From assembly GCA_977017645.1 (NCBI GenBank), contig OZ360231.1, forward strand, positions 36,580,001 through 36,644,000: a stretch of DNA of 64,000 nt, read 5' to 3'. The translations under genes and the position numbers were made by a program. The notes under the pieces are model-generated. The model ran no database searches, was not told where the DNA came from, and saw only the letters and a program-made list of their open reading frames with translations. Shown here one piece after another: positions 35,320 through 49,015 of the stretch (the first letter of the stretch is position 1; every line of letters starts with the position of its first letter). This DNA is from Torpedo marmorata. Its lineage: Eukaryota.

Positions 35320-36345
35320 CCGTATATTTCGGCATATAAGTCGAGTCTTGAAACCCTCAAAAATCTCTCAAAAAACGGGGGTCGACTTATACGCCAGATA
35401 TACTTTTGAGACCTTAAAATCAGGTCAAAAACCACTCCACGCCAATTCGGCGTATAAGTCGACCCTTGAAAACCCAACTCGGCGTATAAGTCGACCCATG
35501 AAAAACCGATTCGGCGTATAGGTCGACGTTGGAAGCACCTCCCCACTGCCGGTGCCGCTGCTACCCGACACCTCCCTACCGCCGGGCGCCGCCATAAACC
35601 ACCCAGACATTCTGCAATTGTAGAGCCCGAGGTCCCCGCTCCTACCCGGGAGAACGAGGTCGCTGCTCCTTCCCAGGAGAACGAGGTCACCGCTCCTAAC
35701 CGGGAGCCTGAGGTCGCCACTCCTGCACGGGAGAACGAGGTCGCCGCTCCTGCCCAGGAGAACGAGGTCGCCACACCTGCTCGGGAGAACGAGCTCCCAG
35801 CACCTGCTCGGGAGAACGAGGTCGCCGCTCCTGCCCAGGAGAACGAGGTCGCCACTCCTGCCCGGGAGAATGAGTCCCTGCACCTGCTCGGGAGAACGAC
35901 GTCGCCGCTCCTGCCCAGGAGAACGAGTCCCCACACCTGCTCAGGAGCCGACACGTACCGTGGTTCCTGCACCGAGCACACTTGGGCAGCGAGGCGACTT
36001 CTTCAATGAGGACAGCATCGCACCCGATGTGGAGAATGGAGTCGCCCGTCGCCGACTCTGGCTGCAGCCGAAGCTGAAGACTTGGACCCAGCTCCATTTG
36101 GCATCTTCCCGGCCAGAAGCAAAGGTTTTTTTTTTACTGTTTTTTATACTTACTTGCTTAATTTACAGCTTTGTTACTTGGCGATTGGGGTGTTGTAACA
36201 AATGTTGGGTTGTTGCTGGGAGGCCCGGACAGCCTGAAAATTGGGGGTCGACTTATACGCCGGATATACAATAAAACCATTAAAATTAGGCTGAAAAAGG
36301 GGGGTCGACTTATCCGCGAGTTGACTTATACGCCGAAATATACGG
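35320..36345. mobile_element. Non-autonomous Tc2-like (TcMar) element, 1026 bp, with GC-rich cargo
   Basis: TIRs CCGTATATTTCGGC(A/G)TATAAGTC; TA TSD (35318-35319, 36346-36347); repeated subterminal GGCGTATAAGTCGACC motifs; splits the L1 ORF2. Confidence 0.9.
35623..35950. repeat. 27-bp GC-rich tandem repeat (about 12 units)
   Basis: Unit GAGAACGAGGTCGCCGCTCCTGCCCAG. Confidence 0.92.
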
Positions 36346-37665
36346 TATATTATTTTTAATACAATTAACTCTCCCTATCAATGTAATAGGTAAATTAATC
36401 CATTTTTCCAAATCTTCTTTAATCTTTTTAAGTAATGGTAGATAATTCCGTTTGTATAGATTTTTAAAATTATTATCTGTTCGAATCCCAAGATATTTTA
36501 TCCCATTATGTGGCCATTTAAACTGAGTGCTTCTTTTACATAAAGTATAATCTCCCTCTGTAAGAGGCATAATTTCACTTTTATCCCAGTTTATCTTATA
36601 ATCTGAAACTTTCCCATATTCTTCCAATTTAAAATGCAATCTTTGCAGAGAGGTCTCAGGCTCTGTCAAGTATATTAAAACATCATCCGCAAATAAACTG
36701 ATTTTATGTTGCTCTTGACCAGCTGTAAATCCCTTAATTGCCAAATCACTTCTAATTGCCTCTGCAAGTGGTTCTATAGCTAAAAATAAAACTGGTGACA
36801 ATGGGCACCCTTGTCGGCTAGATCTTGTCAAACAAAACAAAGTTGATATTTGTCCGTTAGTCACTACTTTAGCTTTTGGAGCATTATATAATGCTTTAAT
36901 CCAATCTATATAAATCCTCCCAAATCCAAATTTCTCCAATACTTTAAACAAAAAATCCAATCTATCAAAAGCTTTCTCTGCATGTAGAGCCATCGCAACA
37001 CTTAGTACTTTTCTTTTTTGAGCTAAATGAACAATACTAAGTAACCTTGCTACATTGTCAGCTGCTTTTCTTTTTTTTATAAAGCCTGTTTGGTCCATAT
37101 TTACTAATTTTGGCAAAAATTTTGTTATCCTATTGGCCAAGATTTTTGCTACAATCTTATAGTCTGCATTCAGTAATGAAATTGGTCTATATCCATGGGG
37201 AGAGTATTCAACAGATTCACCAATCTCTGGGAAAAGCAGTTCCTCCTCATCTATGTCCTAAATCTACTTCCCTGAAACTTGAGGCTATGTCCTCTAGCTC
37301 TAGAATCACCTACCAGTGGAAACAACTTTCCTGCTTCTATCTTATCTATTCCTTTCATTATTTTTATATGTTTCTGAGAATCCCCTCTCATTCTTCTAAA
37401 CTCCAGTGAGTAAAGTCCCAGGCGACTCAATTTCCCCTGACTGGCTAACCCATCACCTGCGGAATCAACCTGGTTAACCTCCTCTGCATTGCCTCAGATT
37501 CACAAACATGTATAGCACATGCTCAGAATATGCACAATTTCAGCAGGAAATTATTGCTAATGCAATCTAATCCGGGTTAAATTGCTTTTATACATAATTT
37601 AACTAACCCGGGCCGGGCGACACGAATGGCAACTCTTTGCCTTATGGCAGGCAGAAGGCAATTTC

Positions 37666-38060
37666 ATAGAACATCGAACATAGAACATTACAGCACAGTA
37701 CAGGCCCTTCGGCCCATGATGTTGTGCCAACCTATATATTCCTAAAAAAAAAGCTGAATCCTCCCGACCTCATAACCCTCTATTTTTCTTTCATCCATGT
37801 GCCTGTCTGAGTCCCTTAAATGCCCCTATTGTTCCAGCCTCCACCACTGCCCCGGCAACGCATTCCAGGCACCCACAACTCTCTGTGTAAAACGCTTACC
37901 CCTGATGTCTCCCCTAAACTCTCCTCCCTTCACTTTGTACAGATGTCCTCTGGTGTTTGCTACTCCCACCCTGGGAAAAAGGTGCTGGCTGTCGACCTTA
38001 TCTATGCCTCTCATAATCTTGTAGGCCTCTATTAATTCACCTCTCATCTTTCTTCGCCTC
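37666..38060 (-). mobile_element. CR1 3' fragment
   Basis: RGELIEAYKIMRG..FTQRVVGAWN and CATAGAA tail. Confidence 0.85.
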
Positions 38061-38194
38061 ATGTAATATTACATTTTCTGTACTGTTACATGACAATAAA
38101 GGAATTGTGAATCTTGAAATTATAAAACAAAGGTGTTAATGATTAAAATTTCCTGGTAAAAACACTGTTCGTTCAATTTGGAAGTCAATCCACA

Positions 38195-38646
38195 GGACCA
38201 TAAGAGTGGCAGAGAGGATCACTGGAGTCTCCCTCCCCCCATCAACGTAATCTATCAGGATCATTGAAGAGGGCGCGCAAAATCATTGAGGACCCCTTCC
38301 ACCCCGCACACAGCATCTTTCAGCTGCTCCCATCGGGGAAGAGATACAGGAGTATCAGAGCCAGCACCACCAGGCTGAGGAATAGCTTCTTCCCACAGGC
38401 AGTGAGAATGCTGAACGACCAAAGGAACTGCTCACACTAACCATCCGAGACTCTCATATTCATGAAACAACATTTATTTATTTATTTGCATAGATGAAAT
38501 ACTTGTCCTGCATATGTCTTGTTTGTCTGTATGTGTGTTATGTCTGGTAGTGTGTCTGCATGTTTTGCACCGAGGTCTGGAGAATGCTGTTTCGTCGGGT
38601 TGTACTTGTACAACCAGATGATAATAAATTTGACTTGACTTGACTT
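38195..38646 (+). mobile_element. Rex1/Babar 3' fragment (older subfamily)
   Basis: DPFHPAHSIFQLLPSGKRYRSIRA..SFFPQAVRMLN; (TTGAC)n tail. Confidence 0.82.
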
Positions 38647-39294
38647 CTTGTGATCATGGCAACTATTTTTATTTTGATTATTGTTCTGTGAATTGTGTTG
38701 GATTTTTAAAGAAAATAGAAATCCTATACAAATTCACCTCTGCAATGACACCCATAAAGATTTTTTCATATAGGCAATGCAATCTGGATTCTCGTTACAT
38801 TAAAAAGTCACAGGCATCCTTTAAAAAATCCAGCAGTTTTGCTACATTTTGTTCTGCAGCACCTTTATCACACTGAGAACACATGTTCCTTGGGCAGTTT
38901 TATCTGAGTGTTTGATAGTCAATTAAAGGCTTTTTCCAGCCTGCAGCCTTTATTATCTCTGAAACAACACCGTGACGTTTAAATTGAACAACATTTGGTG
39001 GAGTCAGCTAGTACTTCCACATCAATCTGCAATTGCGTTTCAGAGAATGTTAACCAGGTTGTCCACTTTCAACTCTCTCTATATCAATAGAAATGTATTG
39101 TAATAGAAAGCCAAAGAAAAAGTTGATAAGTCTGTCACTGGCTTTATTATCCTCAATGAACTATTTCCTGTGGTTCGTTACACAGATCTTGTACAGGTCA
39201 AGTTATTCACATTGCATTGTTGTAACTGCATTGCTTAGTTTTGTTTTTAATTCCCTTAACTTTTGTACTGAAGAGCGATCAATTCGAAAGTTGG

Positions 39295-40070
39295 GATGAA
39301 ACCTGGGTGTCCTTGTGCATTGGTTGCTGTGAATAAGCATGCAGATGCAGCAGGCAATTAAGAAGGCAAACTATATGCGTAGCATGAGAATTCAAGTTGA
39401 GAAGCAGGGTGTCTTGCTGCAACTATCCAGGGTTTCGGTGTGAGACTGCCATTGAAGTATAATGTGCAGCTTTGGTCTTCTTAACTGAGGGTGTTTTTTT
39501 ATTCGGAGGGAGTTCAGTGACGTTTCACTAGATTGATTCCTGGGATGGCAAGATTAATGTATGAAGGTAAAATGGTAGATTGAATAAATCATGTTTTTTC
39601 TTCCTTGATTTGAGTATTGTAGTGGATTTAGAACATAGAACAGTACAGCACAGAAGGGGCCCTTCAGCCCATGATGTTGTGCTGACCTATATAAAACTAA
39701 TCCACATCAATCTAACCCTTTCCTCCCTCACATTCCATAACCCTCCATTTTTCTTATGCCCATGCGCCTATCTAAGAGTCTTCTAAATGTCCCTATTGTG
39801 CTAGTCTCCACCACCACCCCCGGCTATTCATTCCAAGCACCTACCACTCTCTGTGTAAAAAAAATACCTCTGACGTCTCCTCTAAACTTTCCTCCACTCA
39901 ACTTAAACGGATATCCCCTGGTATTGGCCATTGTTACCCCAGGAAAAAGGTGATGGCTGTTCCCCACTATCTATGCCTTGCATCATCCTATATACCTCTA
40001 TTAAGTTGCCTCAACCTCCATCGCTCCAAAGAGAAAAGATCTTGCTCGGTCAACCTTTCCTCATAAGATG
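39295..40070. mobile_element. Two CR1 fragments (degraded plus-strand 39295-39590; minus-strand 3' end 39630-40070)
   Basis: Similarity to other CR1 copies in the window. Confidence 0.7.
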
Positions 40071-40372
40071 TGTATGGTGGGGGAAATGACTGAGGTGAGG
40101 GATATACATCCCTCTAAGGCAGCAGGCAGATAAGAAACCATCAACATTACAAGGCTACCAGCTCCCACCTTGACAACATTTTACAGGAGCACAATTGAGA
40201 GTGTCCTGTCCGGCTGCATCATTGTGCGGTGCGGTAGTTGCATAGCATCAGACCGGAAGTCTATACAGAGGATCATTAAAACAGCCAAGAGGATCACTGG
40301 GGTCTCCCTTTCCTCTATAACCATAGAACCATATAACATTTACAGCACAGAAACAGGCCAGTTCGGCCCTTC

Positions 40373-43363
40373 ACGGGAGTTTTAAACAGACAGAGAAAGG
40401 GCCATTTAAACTTTGCGGGAGTCGCAGACAGCAGGCACTCAGCACACTTACACATCGCGGAGGATTTAAAGGGACAGCGCACGGACCATTTAAACACTGC
40501 GAGAACTACCAGCAGCGGACCCACGGGCCAGGTAAAGAAGACCCGACCACGTGGACGCAGAGGGGGGGATACAGGTCAAGCTGAGACGCGGGGACCTGAA
40601 GCTTCAGCTCCCTACCATCCTCCTGGCCAACGTACAATCCTTGCAGAACAAACTTGATGAACTCCAAGCCAGACTTCAACATCAGAGAGTCATCAGGGAG
40701 TGCTGCGTGATGTGCTTTACAGAAACGTGGCTAAACGTGGACATTCCAGACACGGCGCTGCAGCCCAAGGGCTACACCCTCCATTGCGCTGACCGAACAC
40801 CGGCATCTGGGAAAACCAGGGGAGGCGGCGTTTGTGTCATCATCAATTCATCGTGGTGCACAGACGTGACGGTCATGTCCCAGTCCTGCTCCCCCGACCT
40901 GGAACATCTGCCGATCAAGTGTCACCCATTCTATCTGCCGAGGGTGTTCACCGCCATCATCCTGGTCGCAGTGTACATTCTGCCCCAGGCTAACGTCAGG
41001 CTGGCACTGGAGGGACTGAGCACAGTGATAAACAGCCATGAGACAGCACATCCTGATGCCTTCCCGATCATTGTGGGAGACTTCAATCAGGTCAATCTGA
41101 AGAAGTCACTGACAAACTACCACCAACACATCACATGCGAGACCAGGGGAACCAACACACTCGACCACTGCTACACCACCGTGAAAAACGCATACCGAGC
41201 CATACCACGACCGCACTTCGGCAAGTCTGATCACCTGGCTGCACTTCTACTCCCAGCGTACAATCAGAGACTGAAGACCACAGCACCAGTGGTGAGGACG
41301 GCGAAAGTATGGTCGAGGGGGGCGGAGGAGCGTCTGCAGGGCTGCTTTGAATCGGTGGACTGGAACATATTCAAGCACTCATCCAAAGACCTAAATGAAT
41401 ATGCAACAGGTGTCACCGACTTCATCAAGACCTGCATGGATGAGTGTGTGCTCACGCGCAAATACCGGGTGTTCCCCAAACAGAAGCCCTGGATGAATCA
41501 GAGAATTCGCAACCTGCTGAGGACGAGAACAAGGGCGTTTTTAGGCCGCGGACCGGGATCTTTACAAGAAGTCCAGGCACGACCTGCGGAAGGCCATCTC
41601 TGAAGCAAAGTGGCAATTCCGGAGGAAGCTAGAGACAGAGACAGATACACGCCAGCTATGGCAGGGAGTGCAGGCCATTACAGCCTACAAAGCGAGGGCG
41701 AACACTATAGACGGCGGTGATGCTTCACTACCCAATGAGCTGAACACCTTCTATGCCCGCTTTGAGAAGGAGAACAATACAGTGCCTACTAGAATCCCTG
41801 AAAAGGCTGAGGACCCTGTGATATCTGTCTCTGAGGGCGATGTCAGAACATCATTCAAGAGGGTGAACCCTCGCAAGGCATCAGGCCCTGACGGCATACC
41901 TGGCAGGGTACTGAAAATCTGCGCCAACCAACTAGCCGGAGTGTTCATGGACATTCTCAACCTCTCATTGCGGCAGTCAGAGGTTCCCACCTGCTTCAAA
42001 AGGGCATCAATCATCCCGGTAACCAAGAAGAGTAGTGTGGGCTGCCTCAACGACTACCACCCAGTAGCACTAACTTCTACTGTGATGAAATGCTTTGAGA
42101 GGCTGGTCATGGCCAGAATTAACACCTAAGCAAAGATCTGGACCCACTGCAATTCGCCTATAGTCACAATCGCTCCACAGCAGATGCAATATTACTGGCT
42201 CTCCACTCAGCTCTGGATCACCTCGAAAACAGCAATTCATACATACGGCTGCTCTTCATCGACTACAGCTCGGCCTTCAATACCATTATTCCCTCAGTGC
42301 TGGTCAAGAAGCTACAAACTCTAGGCCTCTGTACCCCACTCTGCAACTGGATCCTTGACTTTCTCATCGGAAGACCACAGTCAGTACGAATTGGAAACAA
42401 CGTCTCCTCCTCACTGATTATCAACACAGGCACACCCCAAGGATGCGTGCTTAGTCCACTGCTCTACACGTTGTACACCCATGACTGTGTGGCCAGGCAC
42501 AATTCCAATGCCTTCTACAAGTTTGCTGATGACACCACAGTTGTCGGCAGAATCACAAACGGCAATGAGGAAGCGTACAGGAGGGAGATAGATCAGCTCG
42601 TTGAATGGTGTAATGACAACAACCTTGAGCTCAACGTCAGCAAAACCAAGGAGATGATTGTGGACATCAGGAGGAAGTCAGGGGAACATGACCCAGTCCT
42701 CATCGAGGGCTAAGTAGTGGAGAGGGTCAAGAACTTCAAATTCCTGGGTGTCAACATCTCCGAGGATCTGTCCTGGAGCATCCACATTGATGCAATCACA
42801 AAGAAGGCTCGTCAGCGGCTATACTTTGTGAGGTGTCTGCAGAGATTCGGTATGTCACCGAAGACTCTCGTAAACTTCTACAGGTGTACCGTGGAGAGCA
42901 TTCTGGCTGGTTGCATCACTGCCTGGTATGGAGGCGCCAACTCTCAGGACAAGAGTAAACTCCAGAGGATTGTTAACTCGGCCTGTGACATCACAGGCAC
43001 CAAACTTCACTCCATCGAGGACATCTGCATGAGGCGGTGTCTTAAAAAAGCAGCCTCTATCCTCAAAGACCCCCACCACCCAGGCCATGCCCTCTTCCCT
43101 CTGCTTCCATCGGGAAAAAGGTACAGGAGCCTAAAGACGAGCACTCAACGGCACAAGGACAGCTTCTTCCCCGCTGCCATCAGATTCCTGAATAACCAAT
43201 GAACTAAAGACATTGCCTTACTTTTCGTGCACTATTATTTATAATTTTTATAGTAATGTCGTAAGATGGTTAATATGAATGTTAATTGCACTATGATGCT
43301 GCCGCAAAACACTGAATTTCATGACTTCATGACAATAAATTCTGATTCTGATTCTGATTCTGA
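40373..43363 (+). mobile_element. Near full-length Rex1/Babar LINE
   Basis: Single APE-RT ORF remnant and AATAAA(TTCTGA)n tail. Confidence 0.92.
40551..43202 (+). pseudogene. Rex1/Babar APE endonuclease-RT (frameshifts and stops)
   Basis: [64 protein letters not shown]. Confidence 0.92.
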
Positions 43364-46300
43364 TGCTGAACACATTCTCCCACCTAGTCCCACTGACCCG
43401 CACCCAGCCCATAACCCTCCACACCTCTCTCGTCCATATATCTATCCAATCTTTCCTTAAACATTAAAATTGAACCTGAATCTACCACTTCGGCCGGAAG
43501 CTCATTCCACCCTCCTACCACCCTCTGAGTGAAGAAATTCCCCCTCATGTTTCCTCTAAACTTTTCCCCCTTCAATCTCAATCCATGCCCTCTTGTTTGA
43601 ATCTTCCCCACACTCAATGGAAAAAGCCTGTCCACGTTGACTCTATCTGTCCCCTTCATAATTTTAAATACCTCTATCAAATCACCCCTCAACCTTCTAT
43701 GCTCCAGGGAATAAAGTCCCAGCCTTTTCAACCTTTCCCTGTAACTCAAACCCAGAAACCCAGGCAACATTCTTGTAAATCTCCTCTGCACTCTCTCTAT
43801 TCTGTTTATATCCTTCCTGTAATTCGGCGACCAAAACTGCGCACAATAGTCCAAATTTGGCCTCACCAATGCCTTAGAACTTCAACATGACATCCCAACT
43901 CCTATATTCAAGACTCTGATTTATGAAGGACAACATACCAAATGCTTTCTTCACCACCCTATCTACGTGTGACTCAACTTTCAGGGAATTATGTACCAGA
44001 ATTCCTAAATTCCTCTGTTCTACTGCACTTCTCAATTGTCTTCCATTTAACATTTATGACCTTTGCTGATTAATCCTACCAAAATGTAGCACCTCACATT
44101 TATCAGTATTAAACTCCATCTGCCATGTTTCCGCCCACACTTCTAACTGTCCTATATCCCCCTGCAAGCTTTGATATCCCTCATCACTGTCCACAACACC
44201 ACCAATCTTCGTATCATCTGCATACTTACTAATCCAATTTAGCACCCTATCATCTAGATCATTAATATATATGACAAACAACAATGGACCCAGTACCGAC
44301 CCCTGAAGCACACCATTAGTCACCGGCCTCCAATTTGACAAACAATTTTCCACCACTACTCTCTGGCATCTCCTATCCAACCATTGTTTAATCCATTTCA
44401 CTACTTCGTTGTTAATACCTAATGCTTGAACCTTCCTAACGAGCCTCTTATGCGGAACCTTGTCAAATGCCTTACTAAAGTCCATATAGACAACATCCAC
44501 AGCCTTCCCCTCGTCAACCCTCTTAGTAACCTCATCGAAAAACTCTATGAGATTTGTCAAACATGATCTACCACGAACAAAACTGTGTTGACTACTCCTA
44601 ATCAATGCTTGTCTTTCCAAATAACTGTATACACCATCTCTAAGAACACTCTCCATTAATTTACCTACCACCGATGTCAGACTCACAGGCCTATAATTTC
44701 CAGGTTTACTTTTGGAGCCCTTCTTAAACAGCGGGACAACATGAGCTACCCTCCAATCCTCCGGCACCTCCCCCGTGGCCAGTGACATTTAAAATATTTC
44801 TGTCAGAGCCCCCACTATTTGTACACTAACCTCCCTCAGGGTCCTCGGGAATATCCTGTCAGGACCTGGAGATTTATCTACCTTTATACTCTTGAAAATA
44901 GCCAATACTACCTCCTCATTAATCTTTATATTATCCATGACCTCACTGCCAAATTTCCTTACCTCAACTGGCTCAATATTCCTTTCCTTTGTAAATACTG
45001 AAGAAAAAAATTCATTTAAAATCTCCCCCATCTCCTCTGACTTCTCACGTAGCCTACCCGTCTGATCCTCAATGGGCCCAATTTTATCCCTCACTATTCT
45101 TTTGCTTTTAATGTACCTGTAGAAACCCTTTGGATTTATTTTTACCTTGCCTGCCAAAGCAGCCTCATATATCCTTTTAGCCTTTCATATTTCCATGTAT
45201 CAATCCACACTCTAAGCTCATCCACCTTTCTTACAATGCTCCTTGCATTGAAATATATACACTTGAGAGAATGTCCCCCACATACACTCCTTTGATTACC
45301 CTCTCCTTCATTAACTTTAACATTCTGGTTCCTCTCTTCCTTCAAATCTAGGTGTTCTTCTACCCTAATCTCCGCATTCTCATTCTGATTCCCACCCCCC
45401 TGCCAAACTAGTTTAAACTCTCCCCAACAGCTCTAGCAAACCTACCTGCCAGGATATTGGTCCCCCTCCAGTTCAAGTGCAGCCCGTCCCTTTTGAACAG
45501 GTCAGACCTTCCCCAGAAGAGATCCCAATGATCCACAAATGTGAACCCCTGCCCCCAGCACAAACTCTTTAGCCACGCATTCATCCTCCATATCTTCCTA
45601 TTCCTACCCTCTCTAGCGTGTGGCACAGGCAGCAACCCTGAGATTACCACCCTCGAGGTCCTGCTTTTTAACTTCCTTCCTAACTCCTTATATTCCTTCT
45701 TCAGGACCTCATCCCCATTTCTTTCTAAGTCATTGGTCCCCACGTGGACCACGACACCTGGCTGCTCACCCTCCCCCTCTAGAATGCTGTGTACTCGATC
45801 AGAGACATCCTTGACCCTGGCACCTGGAAGGCAACATACCAACCAGGAGCTCCAATCTCATCCAGCAAACCTCCTATCTGTTCCTCTAACCAGCGAGTCC
45901 CCAATTACAAAAGCTCTCCTCTTTTCCCCCCTTCCCTTCTGAGCCGAGGGGCTGGCCCCCGTGCCAGAGACCTGACCCCCGCGACTTGTCCCTGGTAGGT
46001 CGTCCCCCCCCCTAACAATATCCAAAACAGTGTACTTATTATTGAGGGGAACGGCCACAGGGGTTCCCTGCACTGTCTGTCTCCCCCCTTTCCCTTTCCT
46101 CACAGTCACCCAGTTAGCTGACTCCTGTCAATTTGGGGTGACTGTCTCCCTGTCTATGACTACTTCTGCCTCCCTCATGATCCGAAGTTCATCCAGCTGC
46201 ATCTCCAGTTCCCTAATATGGTCTTTCAGGAGTTTCATCTGGATGCACCTTTTGCAGGTCTGGTCATCAGGAACATTTGTGATGTCCCTGACCTCCCACA

Positions 46301-46703
46301 TCCTGCATTCGGAACACATGACTAACCCAACTGCCTCCATAACCCCCTCTTAACTACAACTAGATGAAATAGGAATAAACTTAACAACCTTACCGGTAGT
46401 ACTACCTCAGCTTCTTCTCTCTGAAGCCTCTTGAGCCAAAGCCTCTGTGCTCCACTCCTTCCCTATGCCACTTACTCCCTGGGCTGCTCCTCACTGGCCG
46501 CTCCCTCAACTTCCCTTCCTGTTATAGGTCACTGCTAATTAACTCAAATACCCAATTTCTTACTACTACTAATCACCACTTAACCTAGCCCTAGGCCCGA
46601 AAAAGCACCCTTTTTAAACTAAATTTACAAGTCCAAAATTACTCACCAAGCACCAGTCATCAGTCGCTCCTCCCACTCCAACACTCCAACACAACTGAAT
46701 GAC

Positions 46704-46957
46704 ATTTAAATTTAAATTTAGACATACAGCACGGTAACAGGCCATTTCGGCCCACGAGCCCGTGCCGCCCAATTTACACCCAATTGACCTACACCCCCGG
46801 TACGTTTCGAACGGTGGGAAGAAATCGGAGCCCCCGGGGAAAACCCACGCAGACACGGGGAGAACATACAAACTCCTTACAGACAGCGCCGGAGTCGAAC
46901 CCCGGTCCCGATCGCTGGTGCTGTAATGGCATTACGCTAACCGCTACGCCAACCATG
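46704..46957 (-). mobile_element. V-SINE
   Basis: A and B boxes, V core, (TAAATT)n tail. Confidence 0.9.
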
Positions 46958-49015
46958 CTGGGAGCGTTGTCTAAATAGGGCTCAAAGAATTATAGAACAC
47001 CCTTTCCATTCAGCGCACAGTATTTTCAACCCACTACCATCAAGAAGGAGGTACAGGAACATCAAAATCAGGACTGCCACGCTGGGGAATAGCTTCTTCC
47101 TGTAGGCTGTGAGACTGATAAACAGTATTCTGTAACCCTGACAATCATCCCAAATATTTATATATATTTATTTTGATTATTTATGTGATCATTGTGTACT
47201 GTGAATTGTGTGTTTTTCTGTGTGCATCATGGTCTGGAGAGACGCTGTTTTGTCGGGTTGTATATGTACAATCAGATGTTAATAAACTTGAACTTGAACA
47301 AGTTTCTTTCATCGTAAAGAAAGCAAGAAGCAAAAAGCAAAAAGCTGCACATACTGGTGAAAAAGAAAACAGAAAATTCTGGAAATACTCAACAGGTCAG
47401 GCAGCATCTCAGGTGAAAGAAACAAAATGTTTTTGATGATCTGCATGGGCCTGTTTCTGTGCTGTATAACTCTATAAAGGAATCTTGAAAGTGTTCAAGA
47501 TTTTTAATTTAAAAATTAACATAAAGGATCTTCGAGAAGGAATGATGAGAGAGAAGGTGTAGAATTTGTTTAATCAAATTGCCAGAGTATTGCCTGTTAG
47601 AATGGTGTGAGACAATTCATATTAACAGCACTGATTTTAGGAAGGCACTTCACACTGTAACTCAAAGCAGTCTTCGGTTGTGAAGTGTATAACGAAGGGA
47701 AAGGTAGCAGAGCAATAGGCCAGAAAGATTGCCTGGCTAAGAACACAGATATGTGTCAACTGTACTTCAGTTGCATCAGTCTTGCTTAGGAGTCAAAGGT
47801 TGTGAATTCAAGTTCCATTCCACAACCACAAAAATCTAACTTGACATTACAATAATGAGCAACTGTTGTTTTTTTAAATTTATTTACAACACAGTAGAAG
47901 CCAATTTCAGCAATTGAAACCCGTGCTGTCCAAATACCCCAATTAAGAACATGTCATGAAATTCGTTGTTTTGCGGAAGCATCACAGTGCAAATATTGCT
48001 ATAAAATTACATTTAAAAATAAATAAATTAGTGCAAAAATAAGAGAAAGTGAGGTCGTGTCTGTGGTTCATCGTTTATTCAGAAATCTGATGGCAGAGGG
48101 GAAGAAGCTGTCCTTTAGGCTCCTGTACGTCCTTCCTTATGGTAGCAGTGTGAAGTGGTCATGGCCTGGGTGGTGGGGGCCCTTGAGTATAGAGGCTGCT
48201 TTCTTAAGACTCCGCCTCTTGTAGATGTCCTCGATGGAGTGGAGACTGATGTCTGTCATGGCTCTGGCCAAGTTCACAACTTTCCGTAGTTTTTTCATGT
48301 CCTGTGCATTGGCACCTCCATACCAGACAGTGATGCAACCAGTCAGAATGCTCTCCATGGTACACCTGTAGAAATTTGCAAGAGCCTTTGGTGACATACC
48401 GAATCTCCTCAAACTCCTCATGAAGTACAGCCGCTGGCGAGCCTTCTTCGTGATTGCATCGACATGGAGGCCCCAGGACTAATCTTCAGAGATGTTAACA
48501 CCCAGGAACTTGAAATTCTTAACCCTTTCCACTGCTGACCCCTCGATGAGGACTGGTTCATGTTCCCCTGACTTCCCCTTCCTGAAGTCCACAATCATCT
48601 CCTTGGTTTTGCTAATGTTGAGTGCAAGGTTGTTGTTGTGGCACCACTCAACTAGCTGATCTATCTCCCTCCTGTACGCTTCCTCATTGCTGTCTGTGAT
48701 TCTGCCAACAACCGTGGTGTCATCGCCAAATTTGTAGATGGCATTTGAATTGTACCTAGCCACAGAGTTATTGGTATATAGCGCGAAGAGCAGTGGGCTA
48801 AGCACACAGCCTTGAGGTGCGCCTATGTTGATCATCAGTGAGGAGGAGACATTGTTTCTGATTCGTACTAACTGTGGTCTTCCGATGAGAAAGTCAAGGA
48901 TCCAGTTGCAAAGGGGGGTGCAGAGGCCCAGATTTTGGAATTTGTTGTCCAGCACTGAGGGAATGATGGTATTGAAAGCTGAGCTGTAGTCTATGAAGTA
49001 GTATATGTAGTCTAT

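Larger units (their letters stand above)
33634..37191 (-). mobile_element. 5'-truncated L1-clade LINE with about 14-bp TSD
   Basis: TSD TCCATG(A/G)GGAGAGT (33620-33633, 37192-37205); RT (RQGCPLS, LFADDVL) at 36310-37140; CCHC CFRC..FLHSTWLC in 34034-35335; poly(A). Confidence 0.9.
33166..37497 (-). mobile_element. CR1 3' fragment split by an L1 (33166-33633 and 37192-37497), with a second CR1 tail nested at about 33300-33550
   Basis: CATAGGAACATAAGAA tail; CR1 sequence resumes directly after the L1 TSD. Confidence 0.75.
40316..46700 (-). mobile_element. CR1 (HER1-like) copy 2: both ends present, about 0.9-kb internal deletion, Rex inserted in the 3' tail
   Basis: Near-identical to 8658-12966; tail at 40316-40372, body at 43363-46700; the junction at about 45186 skips the equivalent of 10541-11445. 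Confidence 0.9.
40166..47298 (+). mobile_element. Old Rex 3' fragment split by a CR1 and a SINE (40166-40315 and about 46701-47298)
   Basis: FYRSTIESVLSGCI..AKRITG continues after 46958 with LPSRRRYRNIK..SFFL and the AATAAACTTGAACTTGAA tail. Confidence 0.72.

Noticed and set aside
35244-36097. Minus-strand 245, 169 and 133 aa ORFs
   Set aside because: Products of a stop-poor 27-bp repeat that is open in several frames.
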